DNA from: Nemertoderma westbladi
Taxonomy: Eukaryota > Animalia > Xenacoelomorpha
Length of the DNA stretch: 64,000 nucleotides
Assembly: GCA_032718475.1 (NCBI GenBank)
Contig: JAUCBJ010008295.1
Coordinates: 62,001-126,000 of the forward strand
Direction of reading: 5' to 3'
The position numbers were made by a program, and so were the translations under genes. Positions 34,867-47,896 of the stretch are shown piece after piece. The notes under the pieces are model-generated. The model was not told the DNA's origin. It worked only from the letters and a program-made list of their open reading frames with translations, and made no database searches. Numbering within the stretch: the stretch's first letter is position 1; each line of letters opens with the position of its first letter.

Positions 34867-36120
34867 TGTACGCGCTTTTGGAAGACCTTTAGCAGTTTAA
34901 CCTGCCAAAATTTATATGTCTTTTGGTTTATCAATATACTTTAGAAGATGACAAATATTTAATACCAATAAACACAACATTAGCAGAAGCCAGCCTAGTG
35001 CGCGTCCATTCACCCGCTGGATATTCCCGGGAGACTGGATTCTGAGGGCTTAGATTATTATTGCAGTGAAGCTTACTGTATTATTCGATTGATCGTTAAT
35101 AAATAATTTCTGACTAATATTATTCACTTTCGGGAAATATTAACAGTTCCTTTAGGACGTGGCGCTCTATCTAAGTAAACAGAGATATGACTTATACTAA
35201 TCACAACGGTAAGTCGGTAAGGCTTATGATTCACGTATGAGGCGCATTCTTTAGGAAATGCTTAGTTATCGGTCACAATCATGCACACTACCGGTAACAC
35301 ACAATACTGCTCATTAATTTGCCGCCCGTCAATTTATTTTATCATATATAAAGGGAATAGCAACGGACCAATGTAGTGCTTATCAAATAGCATTAAATTC
35401 ACTACAAACCACAACAATATAAGTCGCAATCGCTATATATATAACCCGTCTCTCTAACCTGTAGTGTATCAAGAAAATTGGGAAATTTGGGTTCTTTATA
35501 TATGTTCTCCAAATAATATTCAACCAAACACAACAGTAAATAGCAGTATAATAATGTATGTTGAACAGTAATAACAACAAAGTATTGAATTGTGAATGGA
35601 TTTGACTGATAACAGTCATACGCTCTATAATTTAAGCCTACTAATGTTTCTTCTTAAAGTATGAAAAGAATTAACTCTAGAGCCGGTGTTTCTGACTTAG
35701 ACAGCAATAACAACAAAGTACCAAGTAAAAAACAGTAAGACTGAACACTCTCCTTATGATCGGCCGAAAAGCTACACGTCGACAGGAAAAATCGCTCTGA
35801 TTGGCTCAAGCCAAACAAAGAACCATGTGTCCAATGGCTGTTTCCATGTCAGCAACCAGCTGTTAGATGTCGTAATATGAATCATCACGGCTAAGCTGTG
35901 AAAGGTAGTTGGTGCATTGCAGGCTTTTTGCCTTACCATGTCCGCCAAAACACGTATATAGCAGAATGACTTTTATGTCCGTTAAAACACCTGTAACGGT
36001 ACCTTGAGGGCGAGGGGAATATTTATACAGTTAGAGAACCTTTTTAGAGTATTCCAGCGCCTGGGGGGAAACTGGATTGCGAAGCAAAAGGGCCAGTTAT
36101 ATCCCACAGAAGCTTTTACA
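34867..36120 (-). repeat. 5' LTR of element B (1254 bp)
   Basis: Minus strand TGTAAAAGCTT...GCGCGTACA; the termini are similar to A's LTR. Confidence 0.95.
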
Positions 36121-36961
36121 TGTGCAGTGTTTACATTCTGTCCTGAGCCAGGAGAGAGCGGCTTGGAAATATTTTGTGCTGTTCTGTTTTTAGCCTAACA
36201 CTAGTAGGCTTAATTATAAGGACATATATCCGTTATCTCAACTCAAATCATAACATACCATACCTAATCAAACACTGTGCATACTTTATATTGTTATACT
36301 GCTATTTACTGTCGGTCCTTCATAATATGGTTGATGAATTATTATATTTGGAATAACGATAAATAACCCCGAAACCCAATATTCTTGATATACCGAAGGT
36401 AAGAGAGAAAGGTTATATATAACGATTGTGACTTATGTTAAAGTGGTTTGAAGTGAATCTAATGTTATTTGATAGACCCTACATGAGTCGATCCGTGTTC
36501 CTTTTATATGTGACTAAAATCAGTGAAGATCGGCAGATTAGTGTGCAGTATTGTGCAGCATTGTGTATGAGTGAGACTGATAACGAAGCATTTCCTAAAG
36601 AATGCGCCATATATGTGAATTATAACTAAGCCATATCGTTGTGAGTAGTTTAAGTCATAACTCTGTTTATATAGATAGAGCGCCACGTCCTAAAGGAACT
36701 GTTAATATTTCCCGAAGGTGAATAATATTGTCAGAGATTATATAATACTGTCAGTCGAATAATACATTAGGCTTACATAGCAATAAGATTAAGCCGTCGA
36801 ACCCAATCTCCCGGGTATATCCAGCGGGTGAATGATCGCGCACAGATTGGTTTCGACTAGTGTAGTGAATCAAATACTTGTCATAGGCTAAAAGTGATTT
36901 ATTATCTAAAAGACATCCTAATTTGGCGGGTTAAACTGCCAAAGGTCTGAAAGCGCGAACA
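36121..36961 (+). repeat. 3' LTR of element A, right fragment
   Basis: Matches 9321-10161 and is followed by the TSD AGTTG. Confidence 0.95.
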
Positions 36962-39900
36962 AGTTGGAAGGGATTCAAGCAGCCATGAACGTTGGTTATT
37001 GTGATGGGTGGGGAGGGAATTCAAGCAGCCATGAACGTTGGTTATTGTGTTGAGTGGGAAGGGATTCAAGCAGCCATTAACGTTGGTTATTGTGATGGCT
37101 GGGGAAGGATTCAAGCAGCCATGAACGTTGGTTATTGTGATGGGTTGGAAGGGATTCAAGCAGCCATTAACGTTGGTTATTGTGTTGAGTGGGAAGGGAT
37201 TCAAGCAGCCATTAACGTTGGTTATTGTGATGGCTGGGGAAGGATTCAAGCAGCCATGAACGTTGGTTATTGTGATGGGTGGGAAGGGATTCAAGCAGCC
37301 ATGAACGTTGGATATTGTGTTGGGTGGGAAGGGATTCAAGCAGCCATGAACGTTGGTTATTGTGTTGAGTGGGAAGGGATTCAAGCAGCCATTAACGTTG
37401 GTTATTGTGTTGAGTGGGAAGGGATTCAAGCAGCCATGAACGTTGGTTATTGTGATGGGTGGGGAGGGAATTCAAGCAGCCATGAACGTTGGTTATTGTG
37501 ATGGGTGGGGAGGGAATTCAAGCAGCCATGAACGTTGGTTATTGTGTTGAGTGGGAAGGGATTCAAGCAGCCATTAACGTTGGTTATTGTGATGGGTGGG
37601 GAAGGATTCAAGCAGCCATGAACGTTGGTTATTGTGATGGGTGGGAAGGGATTCAAGCAGCCATGAACGTTGGTTATTGTGTTGAGTGGGAAGGGATTCA
37701 AGCAGCCATTAACGTTGGTTATTGTGTTGAGTGGGGAGGGAATTCAAGCAGCCATGAACGTTGGTTATTGTGTTGAGTGAGAAGGAATTCAAGCAGCCAT
37801 GAACGTTGGTTATTGTGATGGGTGGGAAGGGATTCAAGCAGCCATGAACGTTGGATATTGTGTTGGGTGGGAAGGGATTCAAGCAGCCATGAACGTTGGT
37901 TATTGTGTTGAGTGGGAAGGGATTCAAGCAGCCATTAACGTTGGTTATTGTGTTGAGTGGGAAGGGATTCAAGCAGCCATTAACGTTGGTTATTGTGATG
38001 GGTGGGGAGGGAATTCAAGCAGTCATGAACGTTGGTTATTGTGTTGAGTGGGAAGGGATTCAAGCAGCCATGAACGTTGGTTATTGTGATGGGTGGGAAG
38101 GGATTCAAACAGCCATGAACGTTGGTTATTGTGTTGGGTGGGAAGGGATTCAAGCAGCCATGAACGTTGGTTATTGTGTTGAGTGGGAAGGGATTCAAGC
38201 AGCCATTAACGTTGGTTATTGTGATGGGTGGGGAGGGAATTCAAGCAGCCATGAACGTTGGTTATTGTGTTGAGTGAGAAGGGATTCAAGCAGCCATGAA
38301 CGTTGGTTATTGTGATGGGTGGGAAGGGATTCAAACAGCCATGAACGTTGGTTATTGTGATGGGTGGGAAGGGATTCAAGCAGCCATGAGCGTTGTTTAT
38401 TGTGTTGGGTGGGAAGGGATTCAAGCAGCCATGAACGTTGGTTATTGTGTTGAGTGGGAAGGGATTCAAGCAGCCATGAACGTTGGTTATTGTGTTGAGC
38501 GGGAAGGGATTCAAGCAGCCATGAACGTTGGTTATTGTGATGGGTGGGAAGGGATTCAAGCAGCCATGAACGTTGGTTATTGTGTTGGGTGGGAAGGGAT
38601 TCAAGCAACCATGAACGTTGGTTATTGTGTTGAGTGGGAAGGGATTCAAACAGCCATGAACTTTGGTTATTGTGATGGGTGGGAAGGGATTCAAGCAGCC
38701 ATGAACGTTGGTTATTGTGTTGAGTGGGAAGGGATTCAAGCAGCCATGAACTTTGGTTATTGTGATGGGTGGGAAGGGATTCAAGCAGCCATGAACGTTG
38801 GTTATTGTGTTGGGTGGGAAGGGATTCAAGCAACCATGAACGTTGGTTATTGTGTTGAGTGGGAAGGGATTCAAACAGCCATGAACTTTGGTTATTGTGA
38901 TGGGTGGGAAGGGATTCAAGCAGCCATGAACGTTGGTTATTGTGTTGAGTGGGAAGGGATTCAAGCAGCCATGAACGTTGGTTATTGTGATGGGTGGGAA
39001 GGGATTCAAGCAGCCATGAACGTTGGTTATTGTGTTGAGTGGGAAGGGATTCAAGCATCCATTAACGTTGGTTATTGTGTTGAGTGGGGAGGGAATTCAA
39101 GCAGCCATGAACGTTGGTTATTGTGTTGAGTGAGAAGGAATTCAAGCAGCCATGAACGTTGGTTATTGTGATGGGTGGGAAGGGATTCAAGCAGCCATGA
39201 ACGTTGGATATTGTGTTGGGTGGGAAGGGATTCAAGCAGCCATGAACGTTGGTTATTGTGTTGAGTGGGAAGGGATTCAAGCAGCCATTAACGTTGGTTA
39301 TTGTGTTGAGTGGGAAGGGATTCAAGCAGCCATTAACGTTGGTTATTGTGATGGGTGGGGAGGGAATTCAAGCAGTCATGAACGTTGGTTATTGTGTTGA
39401 GTGGGAAGGGATTCAAGCAGCCATGAACGTTGGTTATTGTGATGGGTGGGAAGGGATTCAAACAGCCATGAACGTTGGTTATTGTGTTGGGTGGGAAGGG
39501 ATTCAAGCAGCCATGAACGTTGGTTATTGTGTTGAGTGGGAAGGGATTCAAGCAGCCATTAACGTTGGTTATTGTGATGGGTGGGGAGGGAATTCAAGCA
39601 GCCATGAACGTTGGTTATTGTGTTGAGTGAGAAGGGATTCAAGCAGCCATGAACGTTGGTTATTGTGATGGGTGGGAAGGGATTCAAACAGCCATGAACG
39701 TTGGTTATTGTGATGGGTGGGAAGGGATTCAAGCAGCCATGAGCGTTGTTTATTGTGTTGGGTGGGAAGGGATTCAAGCAGCCATGAACGTTGGTTATTG
39801 TGTTGAGTGGGAAGGGATTCAAGCAGCCATGAACGTTGGTTATTGTGTTGAGCGGGAAGGGATTCAAGCAGCCATGAACGTTGGTTATTGTGATGGGTGG

Positions 39901-40803
39901 GAAGGGATTCAAGCAGCCATGAACGTTGGTTATTGTGTTGGGTGGGAAGGGATTCAAGCAACCATGAACGTTGGTTATTGTGTTGAGTGGGAAGGGATTC
40001 AAACAGCCATGAACTTTGGTTATTGTGATGGGTGGGAAGGGATTCAAGCAGCCATGAACGTTGGTTATTGTGTTGAGTGGGAAGGGATTCAAGCAGCCAT
40101 GAACTTTGGTTATTGTGATGGGTGGGAAGGGATTCAAGCAGCCATGAACGTTGGTTATTGTGTTGGGTGGGAAGGGATTCAAGCAACCATGAACGTTGGT
40201 TATTGTGTTGAGTGGGAAGGGATTCAAACAGCCATGAACTTTGGTTATTGTGATGGGTGGGAAGGGATTCAAGCAGCCATGAACGTTGGTTATTGTGTTG
40301 AGTGGGAAGGGATTCAAGCAGCCATTAACGTTGGTTATTGTGATGGGTGGGGAGGGAATTCAAGCAGCCATGAACGTTGGTTATTGTGGTGAGTGAGAAG
40401 GGATTCAAGCAGCCATGAACGTTGGTTATTGTGATGGGTGGGAAGGGATTCAAACAGCCATGAACGTTGGTTATTGTGATGGGTGGGAAGGGATTCAAGC
40501 AGCCATGAGCGTTGTTTATTGTGTTGGGTGGGAAGGGATTCAAGCAGCCATGAACGTTGGTTATTGTGTTGAGTGGGAAGAGATTCAAGCAACCATGTAC
40601 TTTGGTTATTGTGATGGGTGGGAAGGGATTCAAGCAGCCATGAACGTTGGTTATTGTGTTGAGCGGGAAGGGATTCAAACAGTCATGAACTTTGGTTATT
40701 GTGATGGGTGGGAAGGGATTCAAGCAGCCATGAACGTTGGTTATTGTGTTGAGTGGGAAGGGATTCAAGCGGCCATAAAGAAGCCAATTGGTTATTGTGT
40801 TGG
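36962..40803. repeat. 45-bp satellite, right part (about 85 copies)
   Basis: Same unit as 8416-8960; it resumes in register after the LTR. Confidence 0.97.
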
Positions 40804-41689
40804 CTTACGTTGGTTTAATGGAAGTTGTTTCGTTTAGATCAGGGGGATGGGATGGAGTTGGTTAGTTTAGCTGATGCAGAACATCGTATCCTTATGGAGT
40901 TAGCACGTTACACTGAACACGGACGAACGTAGAGACCGAGTCCAAATATGGTCTTCAGAATTGGCAAGAGTTTCAATGTATAACATTTTTGTAGCTAATT
41001 TCTTATTTTAACATCATATGAAGGATATAAGTTATATAACTGTTAATTACCCCACCCTTAATTAATATAATATGTATTGTTGGAATAATATGATGTAATT
41101 AAGTATGTTTATAACATTTAGTTATATATCTTTATTACTTTTTCAACAGCTTCTCAACCAGATGTGTTGATCTTTTGATCTGTTGATCTGTCGTTCTGTT
41201 GTGTCCAATTTTTAACCAAACTTGGTACACATGTAGTCTGGCCAAAGTTTAGAAATTTTCCAAGTTGAATTTCCGTGTGGCTTTCGAGAAGCTAAGATAA
41301 TAGCAGTTAATTTGTTAATTAAGTTGATTAGGGCAAAAACATAAATTTCAACCTGCCTCCTTAAAGGATATTAATTATTTTCTAGTATAAGATTTAAATA
41401 ATTATACTTAAAAGTTATACAGCTGTAATCCCCATACAACATTCCATTATAGTTTTTAATTAGTTCAAGTGATTTGCTTTAAGAAATGTGTTTTTAATGG
41501 ATCTAAACGTAATTAAGTTAAAATGCATTCCATCACTCTATACTTCCAGTCGCATTCTTGATATTGCCTATTAGATGGGAAACACGTTCGTGGGGCCATC
41601 GCGCAGGACGAGGCTCAGTTACCAGATACATATTAAAATTGAGCGACTGTATCACAAAATCAGGTTTTGAGAAATTTACCCACACCACC

Positions 41690-42340
41690 AAACGTCGTTG
41701 TGCTCGTCCTGTTTTGTATTTAAACATATTTCCTAAACGCAGACTGACGGACGATCTTTATAACTACCGATGTCTTCAATAGGCGAAGCCAGGTATGGTT
41801 AATAGGAATATAGTCTACGCAGTACTCGTCTTCATTATATGCCTCGTTGCGCTTGTCGCTCGTCCTGTTTTACATTAATATATTTTTCCTAAACCAAGAC
41901 TGACGATCTTTATACAATTATAACTATGCGAAGTTTCGAAACTGTGCGAGTAACTGCTGATACATCTATGTGGTATGTATGTCTGTCAGTCTGTCTGTCA
42001 AAAAATAAGGTAGCCTATTATGTAATAAAAACATTTACCATGGGGGTTTTCCATGTCTCTGATTTCATATCTGATGACAGTTTTTACGACTGACCACTCT
42101 AGGATGTATGTGTCTGTATGTATGTCTGTTTGTCTGTCAGTCTGTCTGTCAAAAAATAAGGAAGCCTATTATGTAATAAAAACATTTGCCATGGGGGTTT
42201 TCCATGTCTCTGATTTCATTTCTGATGTCAGTTTTACGACTGACCAACTCTAGGCTGTCTGTCTGTATGTCTGTTAGTCTGTCTGTTAAAAAATAAGGAA
42301 GCATATTATGTAATAAAAACATTCGCCATGGGGGTTTTTC
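41690..42340. repeat. Complex repeat: a duplicated ~70-bp block, then 3 tandem ~140-150-bp units with (GTCT)n; probable non-autonomous DNA element
   Basis: GCTCGTCCTGTTTT...AGACTGACG(GACG)ATCTTTATA occurs twice. GTCTGTCTGTYAAAAAATAAGG...CCATGGGGGTTTT occurs three times. Confidence 0.6.
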
Positions 42341-43644
42341 AGGTTGCGCAGGTTTTTCGTGCACCAAATTGGGTGCCAAAAAGTTCAATTTCCCACATCT
42401 GGGTAACCCTAAAACATGTTACATTGTAATTAGCACCTCAAAAAACCCCATATGGCATTGAATAGTGATCGAATATCGTATCTGCAAAAAATGTGCAAAA
42501 TTTTGCAGTTTTTTTGTTTGACAACATGAAAACTGATATTTCACAGAAACCGCACATGTTTATTTCAAATTTTAGTGACTTTTAAAAAATCGAAATACAT
42601 TACAAAAATATACCACCTGAAAGAGCGAAAAATTATTTATCAAAATAGGGCAATAAACTTCGATTTTTTGACGAATAACGCCTTTCTATGTATATGCACC
42701 GCCACATATTCACGGACATGGTGCATTAAATTAATAGGCTTGATAATTTAGAATATTTTAAGCTAGTGGTTATGATTACTACTGTACTACGCGAGAGATT
42801 CACAAAATATTTCTGATTTTAATTTGAGTGGTACATAATGTATAATTATTATTATATTTATAAGTTACGAATGCAGTTGCGATTAAACCGCAGAACACCA
42901 CGTCGAATATGATAATAACTGCGGCAGCAGCGCAGCACTTTGTTAATAACTGGAATACCCACATCCACAACCTCAACGTGCGACATGTAATAAGTGACAT
43001 GGAAACTGTGAGCATGGCACAACAGGTGTTTATGCCGAGGCCTACTAACAGTTGAGGCCTACTTACTAGTTCTACAGTAACTGATACCGTTATTTTATAA
43101 AACTTCTACCTCGTCTACATTTTGTTGAAAGTTTCCGCAAGGTTGTAGACCTAAATAAGCATTATATTCAAATTCGGTGGAAAATAAAATGTTTGGTTAT
43201 TTCAGTCACCCTAGACCCTCCCAGTTCACCCTAGACCATCCGAATTCGAATTTCCCATCATCAATAAAAAAAAACTTTTAAGAGTATGATTTTTTTTTGG
43301 TAGTACAGATCGGATAGGCAGAAACTACTAGTTTCTTATGTAGGAATGAAGATGTCAAGAGGTGGATGTCTCCTGGAAAATTGCACGTGTTTGAAAAAAA
43401 AATCTTTAACTTCTGATCCGTTATCTAAACATTTGGGAAAAGTTGTTAGATCACTCTGGTGAACTCCTAGTAAAGCTGAAAACTTCCACTTTGCAGCTTT
43501 ACTGTCTAATTGTCACAACGCTGCTTAGTAATGAATATCTGAGTAACAATAAACAATTTATTCATTCAACTTAGAATGGGTGATAGCGGTTGTGTCGTTC
43601 CTCTTTGGTGTTTGAACAATTGGTTGCATTGAATTCACTTTGAA

Positions 43645-43832
43645 TCTCTCCGGAGGTCGTGGGTTCGATCCCCGCATGGGGACCTGTGCAGTTTTCGTAT
43701 CGACACGTATGCTTGAATAATGGGACTAGCCAGGGCACATCTCTGCCTTGCATGCTTAAATGGTAGCTAAATGAGTACTGGAGTTTCCTCTGGGGAGTAT
43801 AGTTTTGTGGGGGCCGCATTGGAAATAAGTCG
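43645..43832 (+). mobile_element. 5'-truncated tRNA-derived SINE-like fragment
   Basis: B box GGTCGTGGGTTCGATCCCCG followed by a GC-richer body containing TAAATGAGTAC. Confidence 0.45.
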
Positions 43833-44380
43833 TTAAGATGTTACTTTACCATTTTTTAATTGTATGATAAATATTAGTTGACAGAATGTAACACAATTAT
43901 GTGTATATAATATATAATATATATATATATATATTATACACACCATTGTATGAAAAGAGCGCTATTCATCGTTTATGACCATTATCTATCTATTTACGTA
44001 AACCTCCCTCGCTGCGTTCTTTCGGTACAGACAGATACATAAATACAGTGGGATCAGAGCGCTGAAAAGTGGTACTTTTCACATGATGATGTAAATAGTT
44101 ATAACATAATAAATTATATCTTACCTATTAGGGGCCTATACATATATTATATTACTGTTTTAATGACATAACAAACATCAGTTAATAATTATAAAGGGTG
44201 CAGTTAACTATTACATATAATAATTGGTAAATTTATAAAATGATTTAAATAGGAAACGTGATTTTTTTGGATTAATAACTCAACCAAATTTTCTCACATT
44301 ATTATAATAAACAAATAATACTTTATTCAAATCATACAACGTTCTTTTCTAGAAAATATAAACTTTAAATACTAGACCAA

Positions 44381-44640
44381 GCAGCAGCTTGGTCTAGCGG
44401 TGACATTACTGGGCTTCCAATTAGGGAGCCCTGGTTCGATCCCTAGATGGGGCAGCTCTATTTGGGTACAGTGCTTTAAATGCTGCAGCCCAGCCCAACC
44501 CCGGCTTTCATCCTTCAGTGTTCGATAAATGGGAACCAAAGCAACTTTGTGATCAGAGTGGAAGGGTTTACTGTGGAAGATCACCCATAGTGGTGAACAG
44601 GCATTCCTTGGCTTAATGAGCCTAAAAGAATATCCCATTC
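44381..44640 (+). mobile_element. tRNA-derived SINE
   Basis: A box TGGTCTAGCGG, B box GGTTCGATCCC, and a central GCTTTCATCCTTCAGTGTTCGATAAATGGGAACC resembling the core of the 4.7-kb SINE. Confidence 0.7.
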
Positions 44641-47538
44641 CAAATATAAATGAATTCTTACAACTATTTAAAACTTAATTCAAATAATTAAAACTTAAAA
44701 TTTTATACCTTTGAGTTAAGTATCAGAGTTTGTCACAGTATTACACAAACGAAAACTTTACTTTGCAACAAGTATGTATCTAAATTTCCTCCCAAAAATA
44801 TTATAACTTTAAGAAACGATTGCTGATGAAAAACTAACTAAATATAGCGGTGTATTCGGGCTCTGGCTGTCTGGAAATAAATCCGCAGTTAATAATAACC
44901 ACCAGCATTGAACTAAGAGAAAGAAAATAAAAGAGAACCTTACAAGAGAAGTAGATGAATAAAAGTGAAATGACATTACCGGTAGTTATTTATCTAATGG
45001 AACACATTTAATGTGGTACATATTTATGTTGTTAGAATTGTTACAGTTTTGGAATTGTATTTTCTGCTTTTTTATAAAAAAATATCACAAAATTAAGAAA
45101 TCTCTGGGTCTGTAATGTAAGATATTAAAGTACTTGGACTACATCCATCACTATATCAATCATTTTACTCTGAACTGTGTCTGAACTGTTAGGTAGCGAT
45201 TGAACCGTGTAGTATCAGCTGTTGTGTAGCGATTGGACCGTGTAGTATCAGCTGTTCTGTAGCGATGGTTTTATCAATAATTGACGTTGCTTTTTGCGCG
45301 ATCTGTAACGTCTCTGTTTTTCACTGAATTCCCGCAAATGTTTCGAATATTTTTCGGGATCAGTTATTTTTACCAAACGCCATTTACGCGCTTCTCTCGA
45401 AATACCAGGTTCTCCGGGATCCAAGAAGACGGATAATCTATAATATACAAAAATATGATTTGTAGGGGAAACTTCTTCAGTTCACTTAAATCATACTATG
45501 CCTTATTACAATGGTTAGAATTTTGCAGTACTACTACAGTAGTACAAAACTGTATAGTGCTTATACAGTACATACAGTAGAGCGTGGGTTTAAATTCAAA
45601 AAAATTAATTAGAAGATTGGTATTACGGTAGGCTTGTTGTAGTTTCATACCGTACCGACGCAGTAATGTAATTGATACCCTATACCATTCTCACCTTTCA
45701 GCCCATTTTCCTAACCATTTAAGGAATTAATTAAAGTAATGTTGATTCTGTAAGAAATGCACCTGTTTCATTACTCACAATGTGCAAATATACTTAAAAT
45801 AATGTAAATTGTGATCGACCAATAGTACACTATTATTTACTGCTAATAGCATAATTGAGTTTTACGAGAGCGAATAATTGTTTGAACAACTATGATACAA
45901 TACATAGGGATAGTTTGTTCTAATTCTAAAGCAGTTAAATTCATATTTTCGATCGAGAGTTTAATTTAGTTGTTACTTTTTCAAAACGTTTCCTCACGGC
46001 CGCTTAATACTGTAACATTTTCGAGGCCCCTAAAATATCCATAATTAGGTGCCCCCCTAGGCAGTATTTTTTTAAATTTATTATAACGAATTTTGCATAT
46101 GGTGCAGCTGTCGCGAAACAATTATTTTATGTGGTTTTAGGAACCAACCAATCATCTTTAGAGTTAATTTAGTTTACCTAATTTATAATCTACATAGCCG
46201 TAATTTTACTGGGATTTGGGGTGGCGCCAACATTTTTAGCGTTTCCATCAAAATTTACAATATAATTCGATCGATTTTCTGATATTTTCGATCGATTATC
46301 GATGATTTTCGATCATTACAGATGTAATGAAAAATTGAAGTGATCACTTGAAGAAACATTAATATAAATTTTTAAAATTATTAAAAATTATTGTTCAAAC
46401 AATTATTATTAAGACCAGTAACTATCCACTGGGAAGCAGCACCACAAACTTGGGCCAATCACGATTCTGCTTGTTGATAATGGGCCGGCGAGTGCGAAAA
46501 TAATACATTTCAAGCTTTTGCAGAACAAGCAATAATGGGCGCCGTGCAATTACTTTGAAATAATTAAAATGCTCGCACCAGTCAGTTAGCCAACGTGTAG
46601 GCCTATTGGGCTCGCCACGGTGTGTCATGATGTGATTGTGTAGAGTGTTGCTTTGTTCACTACCATCCTGATAGCAGCCCCATCCTGGTGCTGCTGTCTA
46701 ACGCATTCAAACAGGCGTGTCCAACATGCTTTTTAGTTTTTTACATACTTTGGTCCTTGCCGGTAAGGGTTTTTACTTAACTTGCTTGACTATTAATAAA
46801 TAATATAGTAATAAAAATATTGGTTAAATGATTAATTGGTTACTTTTTGAAAAATTTTCATCATAAAAAGAAGATACTAAATCTTAATACAGTATTTCGA
46901 AAAGTTGCTGCGAGTAGAGTGGTAACTTCAATGCCTCGCTCATTGGTGGTATTCCAAATGACTTCGTTTATATATTACAGACTAGATCATATCCTCACGC
47001 GCTCCGCTTTTCACAAAACCGACCATAAATTACAGTATTACATTTTTATGTGACACAATTCAGTCATTGTAAAGAATTGCGTTTAGAAAGTGTATGTTTT
47101 TAACACATAGTTGGGTCAATATTCAACAATATTAAATATGTATTGATTAAAAAAAAAGTTGAAAATAGTAAAGGGCGATGCGGTAAGAGGTCCAATTCCA
47201 TATACAAATTGTCCTCATTAATAAAATAATATTATGTGAATATTAAAAAATAAAAATATTTGGTGTACATCAATATTTTGAAAAAAATTTAAAAAGTATA
47301 TAGTATTGAATCCCAGTCGGTTTTATTATAATTTTCAAGGATTCCGTTTAAACACTGACTACATAGGGTTGTACTGATATACGAGCATGTGAATACTATA
47401 ATATAATTTATATTGTGTATATATATTATTTGATATTGGTTTGAGATCCAGAGATTGTATAAATTATTAAGTAAGGCTAACTTGAAAGGAACTATCGAAG
47501 AACAACTCTATAAGAAAATTGAGCGAATATTTGAATTC

Positions 47539-47610
47539 GCCAAGAGCGGGGATCGAACGCGGACTTCCCAACAAACGTTCAGGAATGCTGACCATTACAC
47601 CAGGAAGGCT
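47539..47610 (-). mobile_element. tRNA-like SINE head or tRNA pseudogene
   Basis: Minus strand TGGTGTAATGGTCAGCA (A box) and GCGTTCGATCCCCGC (T arm/B box); the acceptor stem pairs poorly. Confidence 0.5.
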
Positions 47611-47896
47611 AACCTGAACGTTTACTGTGGAACACCTTACCGGAGGCCAATTCATTTTTGCTATAGAGTTGTTCATCCAAAGTCTTGTTTAAATTGCTTA
47701 ATAATATACTTTATTATATTTCATATTTAGTATTCGTAACAAAATATTATCTATTTCTGTAAATATAATTATTATCAAAACAATACTAAGAAACAAGCAA
47801 TGGTAATTCCACGTATTGTATATGTTTATTTATGGTTGATCTTTTTTAGCATTATTTCAAACACAAATAGAGCCGGTAAGTTTTAAATCTAGTTAC

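Larger units (their letters stand above)
24090..36120 (-). mobile_element. BEL/Pao LTR retrotransposon B, non-autonomous deletion derivative, nested in A's 3' LTR
   Basis: TSD TGTGC at 24085-24089 and 36121-36125, two 1254-bp LTRs, gag and protease homologous to A, RT and integrase absent. Confidence 0.95.
8961..36961 (+). mobile_element. BEL/Pao LTR retrotransposon A (about 16.0 kb without nested element B)
   Basis: TG...CA ends, 5-bp TSD AGTTG (8956-8960 and 36962-36966), two near-identical 1201-bp LTRs, and a BEL-type gag-pol ORF. Confidence 0.96.

Noticed and set aside
36902-40837. Long repetitive ORFs (MNVGYC..., NPFPLNT...) here and at 8282-8978
   Set aside because: They are translations of the 45-bp satellite, open on both strands and broken by 46-bp variants.
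42864-43025. Possible upstream exon of the 49.7-kb GPCR (AG...CAG|GT, one open frame)
   Set aside because: No recognisable motif and no way to link it without transcripts.
47539-47610. Functional tRNA gene (also the heads at about 4790-4858 and 44381-44455)
   Set aside because: Acceptor and anticodon stems pair poorly; two of the three continue into SINE bodies.
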